A stretch of DNA of 64,000 nt from a virus. The notes below the pieces were generated by a model that was given only the letters and a program-made list of their open reading frames with translations, was not told the DNA's origin and did not search any database. Made by a program: the position numbers and the translations under genes. Shown in pieces: positions 40,035 to 47,722 of this stretch. Numbering within the stretch: position 1 is the stretch's first letter; the number at the start of each line of letters is the position of its first letter. The stretch is taken from the IMG/VR virus record IMGVR_UViG_3300010224_000001, positions 192,001 through 256,000 of that record; one strand, written 5' to 3'.

Positions 40035-40496
40035 TTAAGCTACGAACGAAGAAGCATGCTTGACTGCTTTAACCGCATCTTCATTTTTAAGCTTTGCCAT
40101 ACCAGCTAAGACTTCACCCAGAGCCGGAATGATTTGTGAATTCTTTTCTGCTGCGCGCACCAAGGCTGATGTGATATCGCCAAACTCTAACGTTATCAGA
40201 GCGGAAGTAGCAATATCTTCATCATTGAGTTCTTTGCCAGGTTCCAAAGAACAGGGGATATTGGTGCCACGCGAAGCAATAGTCTTGCCTGAATCGCTCA
40301 AGATATACACGTTGCCATGCATGAGGTATTCTTCAGGATCTTGCTCGGGATTGTGAATGATGCAAACGTCAAGATTATTCTGATTACGTTTAAACTCGAC
40401 TTTGCCACCATCCGGTAAGCTGATCAACTGAAAACCTTTATAAGGGCTCGAATCAGGCAGACTTTCATTCGACATCAACTTTACAAAACCAGCCAT
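40035..40496 (-). CDS. hypothetical protein
   Basis: Start at MAGFVKL after AGGAG; the ORF-track extension overlaps tRNA-Tyr. Confidence 0.65.
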   Translation of the reverse strand: MAGFVKLMSNESLPDSSPYKGFQLISLPDGGKVEFKRNQNNLDVCIIHNPEQDPEEYLMHGNVYILSDSGKTIASRGTNIPCSLEPGKELNDEDIATSALITLEFGDITSALVRAAEKNSQIIPALGEVLAGMAKLKNEDAVKAVKHASSFVA

Positions 40497-40577
40497 GTTA
40501 TTTCTCCTAGTACTAGTAAGTGGTATCTCTACCATGGTGATTTTAAATCTGTTCACCAACAGTGCTACAATGAAACT

Positions 40578-40662
40578 TGGTGGGCAGGGTTGGATTTGAA
40601 CCAACGAACCACGAGGGAGATGATTTACAGTCATCCGGGTTTAACCACTTCCCTACCTGCCC
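40578..40662 (-). tRNA. tRNA-Tyr(GTA)
   Basis: GATGA-CT-GTA-AA-TCATC, long variable arm, CCA. Confidence 0.95.
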
Positions 40663-40915
40663 GAAACTTCTACTTGAATATCGCTGCGATAATCCAAGCT
40701 ACTAACGCAACAGCCAACGCAGGAATCGTCATGAACATTCTGGTTATACCACCACCCCAACGACCGTTTTCTTTAACAGGCCAATAATTCAACCATAAGA
40801 AAGCAATCACAGTTACTGCGGTAGGAATCATCCACCATGAAATCGATAACTCTAAGTGAATGTTCATTTGGTTATTCCCATAATCTTCAGATGTAAGATG
40901 CGTTGCTAGAATTCT

Positions 40916-40992
40916 TGGCTCCCCGACCTGGACTCGAACCAGGGACCTGCGGATTAACAGTCCGTCGCTACTACCAACTTAGCTATCAGGGA
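40916..40992 (-). tRNA. tRNA-Asn(GTT)
   Basis: CGGA-CT-GTT-AA-TCCG, G73, CCA. Confidence 0.95.
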
Positions 40993-41091
40993 ATACTACG
41001 GTCACATTGCTGTGAGATCTTTACTACAACTACGGGCTACTCATCACTTATGCATTTAGTATGAAGTATCCTTTATTACTGGAGTAACCTC

Positions 41092-41442
41092 ATGCCTGCT
41101 GCAAAGAAAAAAGATGTTTACATTCGCAACGCTAAAGTAATTCGCGTTGTTGACGGAGATACCGCTGAATTTAATGTCGATCTCGGTTGTGATATCCACA
41201 TTAACATGACTTGCCGTTTCAACGGTATTAATGCACCTGAAGTCAGTACTGACGAAGGCAAAGCTTCTAAGGTTTGGCTGCAGAACAAACTTCCACCAGA
41301 ACTGCCTGTTGTCATTCAAACTGTCGCAGATAAGAAAGAGAAGTACGGTCGATATTTAGCCGACGTTTACTTACCTGGCGCATCTACTAGTATCAATGAC
41401 GAGTTGGTGAATGAAGGTCTTGCCAAACCTTACAAACCTTAA
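41092..41442 (+). CDS. thermonuclease (SNase-like)
   Basis: RVVDGDT, RFNGINAPE, KYGRYLADVY, INDELVNEGLA. Confidence 0.9.
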   Translation: MPAAKKKDVYIRNAKVIRVVDGDTAEFNVDLGCDIHINMTCRFNGINAPEVSTDEGKASKVWLQNKLPPELPVVIQTVADKKEKYGRYLADVYLPGASTSINDELVNEGLAKPYKP

Positions 41443-41501
41443 AGCTACTACATCCCTTTAATCCTGACATGACGTTAGGGTTAGAGGGACTTATGACGTA
41501 T

Positions 41502-41591
41502 TGGCGGAAAGCTTGGGATTCGAACCCAAGGATAGATTGCTCCATCGCCGTCTTAGCAGGACGGTGCTTTAGACCACTCAGCCAGCTTTCC
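41502..41591 (-). tRNA. tRNA-Ser(GCT)
   Basis: CCGTC-CT-GCT-AA-GACGG, long variable arm, G73, CCA. Confidence 0.95.
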
Positions 41592-41602
41592 ACATTTACT
41601 AC

Positions 41603-41851
41603 TTAACCATGTGCTATTTTGTTCTGATAATCATTAGAGAACACATGCGGTTCACCAATCGATTTACGAGCCTGTTCAATTAGAGCATCTACGTTATCGT
41701 AATCGATGTAGTAGAAGGTTTGACCGTCTTTAACGCGATGTCGTGGCAACTTCTCTAAGTCTTTACAGAGTTTAATCAACGCGTCTTTAGCTGTAGTATC
41801 TGTAATTGGGAATTGGCCTTCCCCTGCAAAACTATCATTACTGAAACACAT
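41603..41851 (-). CDS. hypothetical protein
   Basis: Start at MCFSND after GGAG; the ORF-track extension overlaps the tRNA-like element. Confidence 0.55.
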   Translation of the reverse strand: MCFSNDSFAGEGQFPITDTTAKDALIKLCKDLEKLPRHRVKDGQTFYYIDYDNVDALIEQARKSIGEPHVFSNDYQNKIAHG

Positions 41852-41870
41852 GACTTCTCCGTAAAGTGTT

Positions 41871-42008
41871 TGGTCGGGCGTTCTTGGAATCGAACCAAGG
41901 ACCTTCGTCTTGTGGTGAGGTTCCCCTCTGGCCGATCGCCTAAGCGGTCGCATCCGCCGAAGCGAATGGAATATTGGACGATGCTCTACCGAACTGAGCT
42001 AAACCCCG
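41871..42008 (-). ncRNA. tRNA-scaffold RNA 0: tRNA body with 67-nt three-hairpin insert replacing the anticodon loop
   Basis: CGGGGTT-TA-GCTC..GAGC-A-TCGTC[insert 41910-41976]GACGA-AGGTC-CTTGG-TTCGATT-CCAAG-AAC(G)CCCG-A-CCA. Confidence 0.85.
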
Positions 42009-42016
42009 TAAGTCTT

Positions 42017-42691
42017 TCAACCTTTTGCTACTAGTGTAAACTCAACAGGTTTGCCATCTGGTAAGAATACACTCTCAGCGTAGGTGAACATGTAAAACTT
42101 GTCAGCAGGATCCCATTTCTCATCATCCATTTTGTACATTGCAAACACTAACTCGTGAGTAATGTGTAAACAACGATTGGCTAACTTGGAGAACTCAGCA
42201 CTGACAATGATGTTACCGTAGGAGTAAGTAGTACCTTTATCCCACGAGAACGACATTGGCTTTTCTGGAGCATAACTCCATTTATCACCAGGCTTGGCTT
42301 TCTTGTATCGTTCAGTTATACCAGCGTCTTGCTGACCTGGATTAATTTTGAAACCACGATACAGCAATGGATGATTCGGAGGACGTTGAATCGATTCAAA
42401 GACTTTTTTAGCTTCTCGAAGTTTATCTAAGAGACTGTAATCAGTAACAGACACCCACTGATCAACAGCTTGAAGAAGTTCTTTGTGCTGCAACATCTTT
42501 TCAACGATCTTCATGTCTACATCTTCTTTCTGGAATGCCAGTTGAGGCGTGTATCCAAAAAGTTTTATTAAGCGCATCAGAATTTTCTTCTTCCACTCAG
42601 CTTCTTTGTAGACTTCGTTGAAGTTTGCTTCTTTCTCTAGACTGACAGAATTATCTGTAATCCAGTCTATATAAACAGGTTTAGTCGTCAT
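42017..42691 (-). CDS. putative ADP-ribosyltransferase (R-S-E clade-like)
   Basis: LLYRG...PMSFSW...YAESVF pattern; motif-level only. Confidence 0.45.
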   Translation of the reverse strand: MTTKPVYIDWITDNSVSLEKEANFNEVYKEAEWKKKILMRLIKLFGYTPQLAFQKEDVDMKIVEKMLQHKELLQAVDQWVSVTDYSLLDKLREAKKVFESIQRPPNHPLLYRGFKINPGQQDAGITERYKKAKPGDKWSYAPEKPMSFSWDKGTTYSYGNIIVSAEFSKLANRCLHITHELVFAMYKMDDEKWDPADKFYMFTYAESVFLPDGKPVEFTLVAKG

Positions 42692-42752
42692 GGTTTACCG
42701 TTACAAATGAGGGTGATAATCATAGTAATTGGTGAGACTAAACCTGTTGAAT

Positions 42753-42917
42753 TGGTGGGACGTTCCTAGATTTGAACTAGGGACCTCGATCTAGTTTAGA
42801 TGGAACCTGATTAGGGTTCTGCCTTTAACCACTCGGCCATACCTCCTAACGGAGATAGAGGGATTCGAACCCTCGGATCTTTGGTTGATCGCGCTCTAAC
42901 CGCTGAGCTAAACTCCC
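42753..42917 (-). ncRNA. tRNA-scaffold RNA A: outer tRNA with nested class II tRNA permuted in its variable arm
   Basis: GGGAGTT..CGATC[95 nt]GATCG-AGGTC-CCTAG-TTCAAAT-CTAGG-AAC(G)TCCC-A-CCA. Confidence 0.9.
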
Positions 42918-42938
42918 GGATACTTCTACTACAATGTT

Positions 42939-43110
42939 TGGTGGAGCGATGCAAGATTCGAACTTGCGACCTCTGTCTAAGCTTTGACTAGCAGGATTGT
43001 GCTCTAACCATCTGAGCTACTAACGGACGTTGACACCCGTTAGATCGGACTTGAACCGATGACCCCAATCGTGAATAAGACAGCGTTCTACCTGACTGAA
43101 CTAATCCCCC
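42939..43110 (-). ncRNA. tRNA-scaffold RNA B: outer tRNA with nested anticodon-permuted tRNA
   Basis: GGGGGAT..CTGTC[101 nt]GACAG-AGGTC-GCAAG-TTCGAAT-CTTGC-ATC(G)CTCC-A-CCA. Confidence 0.9.
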
Positions 43111-43128
43111 ATGTACTACTTTGAAACT

Positions 43129-43288
43129 TGGTGGAGCGATCTAGGAATCGAACCTAGGACCTCTGCCTGAGTCGAATGCTCTACCAGCTGAGCTACCGAT
43201 AAGTAACGAAGTGTTACCTACCGAGCGGGACTCGAACCCGCGACCCGTCGATTAGAATGGCAGCGCTCTATCACTGAGCTAATCCCCC
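43129..43288 (-). ncRNA. tRNA-scaffold RNA C: outer tRNA with nested anticodon-permuted tRNA
   Basis: GGGGGAT..CTGCC[91 nt]GGCAG-AGGTC-CTAGG-TTCGATT-CCTAG-ATC(G)CTCC-A-CCA. Confidence 0.9.
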
Positions 43289-43307
43289 GCAAACTGCTTT
43301 GTGAAAC

Positions 43308-43437
43308 TGGTAGGGCGCTTCTGGATTTTAACCAGAGACCTCCGTCTAGTTAACCAATAACCACACCCCCGTTGGGAGGTACGGCTGGACTTGAACCAGC
43401 GATTTGACGGCGCTCTAACAGGCTGAGCTAAGCCCCT
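43308..43437 (-). ncRNA. tRNA-scaffold RNA D: outer tRNA with minimal permuted T-arm/acceptor/D-like insert
   Basis: AGGGGCT..CCGTC[59 nt]GACGG-AGGTC-TCTGG-TTAAAAT-CCAGA-AGC(G)CCCT-A-CCA. Confidence 0.85.
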
Positions 43438-43446
43438 AATGAAACT

Positions 43447-43617
43447 TTACTTAAGAACACACATTAAAGTGATGCTCTGCTTTTTATCACTGTTAGCAAT
43501 CTTCGCATTCTTAGTAGCTTCGATGCATTGCTCCCAGCTTTGCATCGGAAACTCTTTCTGATCTATACTCCAACCATCGGAATGGATCCAGATAAGAAAT
43601 ACTGCTAATGCCTTCAT
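43447..43617 (-). CDS. small hypothetical protein
   Basis: Manual 56 aa ORF MKALAVFLIWIH..SWEQCIEA..LMCVLK. Confidence 0.55.
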   Translation of the reverse strand: MKALAVFLIWIHSDGWSIDQKEFPMQSWEQCIEATKNAKIANSDKKQSITLMCVLK

Positions 43618-43638
43618 GTCAATGATCTTTCTATTCGT

Positions 43639-43894
43639 TAGTGGAGAGATTGCGGGAGTTCAACCCGCGACTTTGATGGAACCCTAAAGCTGCAGCACTT
43701 GGTTTAGTTAAAGGTGAGTTACGATAATTTACCGCACTTGACCACCCAAAGCTTATGCATAAAACCCAAACTGTAAGAAAACCATGAAAGAAAACTTACA
43801 GAGGTTTTATAGAAGGTAACCTACAAACTTTAGAAGTATAATCTGCACCGAAGCCTTCCGCCAAGAAGGAGTCTTGCTTCTCGACTATCTCTCC
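43639..43894 (-). ncRNA. 256-nt structured RNA closed by tRNA-like acceptor stem and T-arm (tmRNA-like ends)
   Basis: 5' GGAGAGAT pairs with 3' ATCTCTCC-A-CTA; T-arm GCGGG-TTGAACT-CCCGC; internal long helices. Confidence 0.7.
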
Positions 43895-43947
43895 CAAGAG
43901 AACTTAATCTCTTGCACATTATGGGAAGTACGTGTAATTTTTTACTT

Positions 43948-44403
43948 TTAGACAACTATTTGACCGATAGCGATCCGTTGCTTGGTCTTAGCTAAACGAG
44001 GTCCAAAGTGGTTGAGCCATTTTACAGTAGCTATGCGAAGGTGACGTGTTCGGCATTCTTCGTTATACTCACCTTTAAAAGCTGCTTCTTGGTAAGTATT
44101 ACGAATAGTCCAAACGTTGTGTTTCCACACCTCCACAGTAAAGCTACCGAGCTGACTTAACTCAAGAGCAAGTTCATACGAGCACTCGAAAGCAATATAG
44201 AAACCGTAAGGATGACCTTCACAAGAGAAACGGGTTTTAGCACCGAGTTCTTCTAGTGCCAAGATGAAGAAATTCACACCTGGTTCCAGCGTTGAAACTG
44301 GATATGTAATCTCTACACTTTCAAAGCCGCGCTCAAGCTTAAGTTTACAAGCTTGATCCCAGGGATGTTCTGACATAATCGCCGGACCATTAATGAATGA
44401 CAT
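43948..44403 (-). CDS. hypothetical protein
   Basis: TRFSCEGHP motif. Confidence 0.65.
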   Translation of the reverse strand: MSFINGPAIMSEHPWDQACKLKLERGFESVEITYPVSTLEPGVNFFILALEELGAKTRFSCEGHPYGFYIAFECSYELALELSQLGSFTVEVWKHNVWTIRNTYQEAAFKGEYNEECRTRHLRIATVKWLNHFGPRLAKTKQRIAIGQIVV

Positions 44404-44816
44404 TATTTCACCTTGACTTTATCGAAACACTCATGAAGATCCTGGGAAGAACGACCACTTTCCCAATCGATGATAAGCCAGCGTTCACCATTACGATGTT
44501 CTCGGATATATTTCTCCACTACTTTACCAGGCGTATTGATCGCGGAGATAAGTTCCAGACCTTCGCAGATTTTTTCATACGGCATCTGGGACAATGGTTT
44601 GCCTGAATAGTCGGTTGTTTCAACCACGACGATATCTGCGCAATCGCCTTCGTTATGGCGTGTCCACTTACCGTTATCCCAATCTACGTGAATCTCTTTA
44701 GCTTGAGTAGTAAAGCGAACAATGCCTTCTTCTTTCTCTGCATTGGCTACTCGTAAATCGGTCGTGATTTGAGCGATAGGGATTTCCGACAATTTCTTAC
44801 CTACAAGTTGTTCCAT
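44403..44816 (-). CDS. hypothetical protein with internal two-fold repeat
   Basis: GKKLSEIP..VDWDNG and GKPLSQMP..IDWESG. Confidence 0.65.
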   Translation of the reverse strand: MEQLVGKKLSEIPIAQITTDLRVANAEKEEGIVRFTTQAKEIHVDWDNGKWTRHNEGDCADIVVVETTDYSGKPLSQMPYEKICEGLELISAINTPGKVVEKYIREHRNGERWLIIDWESGRSSQDLHECFDKVKVK

Positions 44817-45118
44817 TTTTTCTTCTCTCTTATAAAGGCAACAGTGTTTTGAGTTTTTGATATAGGAATGGATTGCTACGGCAAGCTATGTTAATCGCTC
44901 GTGCTGCATCTTGTTCATTCATTTGACTCAGCAGTTGGGACAATTGGTTGAACTGTTGTTCTTCTGTTGAGGGGATTAATTCGTTACTTGCCATGTTCTA
45001 TTCCCGGTTGGAATGATGAACGATAAAGCTCGTTCGTTTTCAGATCTACATTAACACAAAAAAACTAGATTACGAACATAAAAAAACAGAGAGACCTTTC
45101 AGTCTCTCTGTATTGTTT

Positions 45119-45445
45119 TTAATGCCAATAGTTCAGATGGGGATTCTTACGCACCATCACTTCATAGTCGCTGTCTTTCTTATAGCGAGCCAGTTCATGA
45201 CGAATCCGGGCACGGTGAATCTGATGCTGGAGTTGACGGCTTTCATGAGGATAGATGTTACAGTAACGACTATCTTGATAACGGTCGCTATGGTAATGTG
45301 CAATTGCTTTCGCTTTGGCTTTACCCTCATGACGAACTTCTTTCAAATACTTACCGCCGTATTTGCTTTCAACGTAAATCCAGTCAAACATACGCCAGAC
45401 AGTGTTTCGGTTATACCCATTCTTCCTACGAATTGTTCTACTCAC
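45119..45445 (-). CDS. basic hypothetical protein (MSRT family)
   Basis: Paralog of 45735-46064 (SKYGGKY, HSDR). Confidence 0.7.
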   Translation of the reverse strand: MSRTIRRKNGYNRNTVWRMFDWIYVESKYGGKYLKEVRHEGKAKAKAIAHYHSDRYQDSRYCNIYPHESRQLQHQIHRARIRHELARYKKDSDYEVMVRKNPHLNYWH

Positions 45446-45734
45446 TTTAATCTCCAGATAGTAATACCACCTACCTGGAGTTTGTGAAATGCGAAGTGAT
45501 GAACATGGTTAATAGACGCGTTTACGACGAATACGAAGCGGATGCATCTGAACCAGATGCGCTGCCAGGATAGACCAGGCGCCAACCATCAACCAACCCA
45601 CCATGGCGATGTTGAAGGCGCCGCTCGAACCCTGATCCATTAAAGCCGGGCTAGTGATGAAACCGTGAACGAGGATTGCGATAACGGAAGCTACGAGATT
45701 TACGATATATTTCATTTTTATCACCTTTTAAAAG

Positions 45735-46064
45735 TTAATCCCAATAATCCCAACGTGGTTGTGCGCGAAGCATAATCACGTACTCAGAGTTATGACGATA
45801 GTTGGCCAGAGCAGTTCTTGCTTTGACACGATGCCTGCGATGATCTACGTTACGATACACCCAAGGGGTATTACCAATATGACAACGAGCAAAACGGTCG
45901 CTATGAAATTCAGCCAGTCTGCGCTTGAATTCTTTACCCTCGCATTTTACACGTACGTAGTATTTCCCACCGTATTTACTTTGACGCCATTCACTATTTT
46001 CCATCCACATATCAAACCAAGGATTAAGTTTGACTGCATTTTTCCTGCGAAAGGTTCTGCTCAT
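45735..46064 (-). CDS. basic hypothetical protein (MSRT family)
   Basis: MSRTFRRKN..SKYGGKY..FHSDR..WDYWD. Confidence 0.7.
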   Translation of the reverse strand: MSRTFRRKNAVKLNPWFDMWMENSEWRQSKYGGKYYVRVKCEGKEFKRRLAEFHSDRFARCHIGNTPWVYRNVDHRRHRVKARTALANYRHNSEYVIMLRAQPRWDYWD

Positions 46065-46326
46065 TATGTTCTCCGATTAAAGGGGCTAATCGGGAACAAG
46101 TAAAGTGATGTACGATGAACATGTGTTTATTTCAGAGAAAGAGTAATCGGACTAACGCTAAAAACAGAACGCAGAGTTTCTATCCATTGCTTAGCGTCAG
46201 CATCAGACAGCGGTTTAAAGCCTTTCAATTCTTCCGCGGTAAAAGTCATCTTTGGATTCTTGATGCGTGTTCCTACACGCTTACCATTAATGATGATTGG
46301 TTCATAAGTTGTTTCTTTTGATTCAC

Positions 46327-46686
46327 TCATAAGCCAAGTCTTTCACATAATCGAGCAAACCAGCTTTTAGGAGCTACTGCTCTGGGAGATTGGTCCAGTA
46401 ATGATTCATACCGAGGTGAAGGTCGGAGAGCCATGGCAGAACTTTCACCTACAACAACCCAACCAAGATGAAAATGGTAGTTTGTTATTACACCTTTTCT
46501 CTGCCATTTAATGGTGTAATAGACCGTCCGACTAGGATCGTCTTTAACAGGTGAACGAACACTCTTAATGGACAAGAGAACGCCGAGATCGCCATCACTA
46601 TCAACCGCCTTTAAACCTACCGCTTCGTCTTCAGGTACACCGATTAAGCGGTAACCTTTGTACTTTTCTTGGTTGGGGTTTCGCAT
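46327..46686 (-). CDS. hypothetical protein
   Basis: 119 aa ORF. Confidence 0.55.
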   Translation of the reverse strand: MRNPNQEKYKGYRLIGVPEDEAVGLKAVDSDGDLGVLLSIKSVRSPVKDDPSRTVYYTIKWQRKGVITNYHFHLGWVVVGESSAMALRPSPRYESLLDQSPRAVAPKSWFARLCERLGL

Positions 46687-46789
46687 TGTTTGTTCGGCTT
46701 AGAAGGAGGTTGTTGTGATGTTGGCTTATTCGGTTTCTTCTTGATGTTACCCATTGCAACACAATGAGAACATTTGTCAGTGCAATTAC

Positions 46790-47302
46790 TCACAGCTTAA
46801 CCTTCTTAAGAATGTCACTCACAAAAGCACAAAGATCAGATAGACGCACTGAAGTATAGATCGTTTCACTTACCATTTTCTTAGGACGATCTTCCGAAAA
46901 GATAATGGTATCCATCGCTTCTTCAATATCGGTTTCTGAGATTTCATTGGAAACCAAATACTCACTACTCGGCGTATCCAAATGCTTAATAGTGAGTTCT
47001 GCGTATTTAACAGGATCAGAAATACCTCCTGCAATACGTTTGAATGCAAACAAAGCAAAACGACGACATTGATCTAATACCTTGATCTTCTGTTCATCCG
47101 TTAAGCCTTCTGGAAGAAGCTCGCCCAAACTGTTACGCTTGGTACGTTCTCGTACACGACCTCCATGCCATGCTTTCCAGGCCCAGAGCGCGGCTGGAGA
47201 ATCCCAGTTAGGCTCAGAGACACACATGCTGCGGATATCGTCTTGGAACAATTTATAATCTGGGTGATTTGCAGGAATAGACTCCGTTTGCGCTTCAATC
47301 AT
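46790..47302 (-). CDS. hypothetical protein
   Basis: 170 aa ORF. Confidence 0.6.
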   Translation of the reverse strand: MIEAQTESIPANHPDYKLFQDDIRSMCVSEPNWDSPAALWAWKAWHGGRVRERTKRNSLGELLPEGLTDEQKIKVLDQCRRFALFAFKRIAGGISDPVKYAELTIKHLDTPSSEYLVSNEISETDIEEAMDTIIFSEDRPKKMVSETIYTSVRLSDLCAFVSDILKKVKL

Positions 47303-47326
47303 TTTGGAATTCTCGCCTCGTTGTTA

Positions 47327-47695
47327 TTAATGTAGGATGGTGTTCTTTTTGATTTCTACAAAGTCAACCGGTTTACCTTTATCCATTACCAGGATAAAAG
47401 CATGGCGGTTCGTACTGATCGGATCTTTGGGATCAGAACCAGCCGGACCGTAAGCGATAGTCAAGAGATGTCCATAGTACTCTTGACCCATCTCAAACTT
47501 ATACTCGGCCAAACCAAACAACATAGACGAGTAGCCAAACTTGTCGGAACCGAACGCATCGTAGTATGCCTTACTAAGCGGCACGACTAGCTCATCATAC
47601 TTAGCAGCGATCTCTGGATTATTGATACAGAGCTTAGCAATAAACTCCGACACCTTATCGAGATCATTCCTTACTTCAATTATGTCAGTAAACAT
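47327..47695 (-). CDS. hypothetical protein
   Basis: 122 aa ORF. Confidence 0.6.
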   Translation of the reverse strand: MFTDIIEVRNDLDKVSEFIAKLCINNPEIAAKYDELVVPLSKAYYDAFGSDKFGYSSMLFGLAEYKFEMGQEYYGHLLTIAYGPAGSDPKDPISTNRHAFILVMDKGKPVDFVEIKKNTILH

Positions 47696-47722
47696 TGCGA
47701 TGATTTCCTTTATAATTGATTA

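Noticed and set aside
42981-42992. GCTTTGACTAGC resembles the metazoan Y RNA 3' Ro-binding strand
   Set aside because: It is on the non-transcribed strand, occurs in one element only, and no Ro60/TROVE gene is recognisable in the window
41871-43437. Interpreting the inserts as group I or archaeal BHB tRNA introns
   Set aside because: 59-101 nt is too short for a group I core; no clear bulge-helix-bulge; removal does not consistently restore a 7-nt outer anticodon loop
42753-43437. Interpreting the region as tandem pseudo-tRNAs
   Set aside because: Adjacent halves do not pair, whereas nested outer-outer and inner-inner halves pair with compensatory changes in several copies
43639-43894. Calling this a canonical tmRNA (ssrA)
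   Set aside because: No G3-U70, no CCA, too short, no recognisable tag peptide
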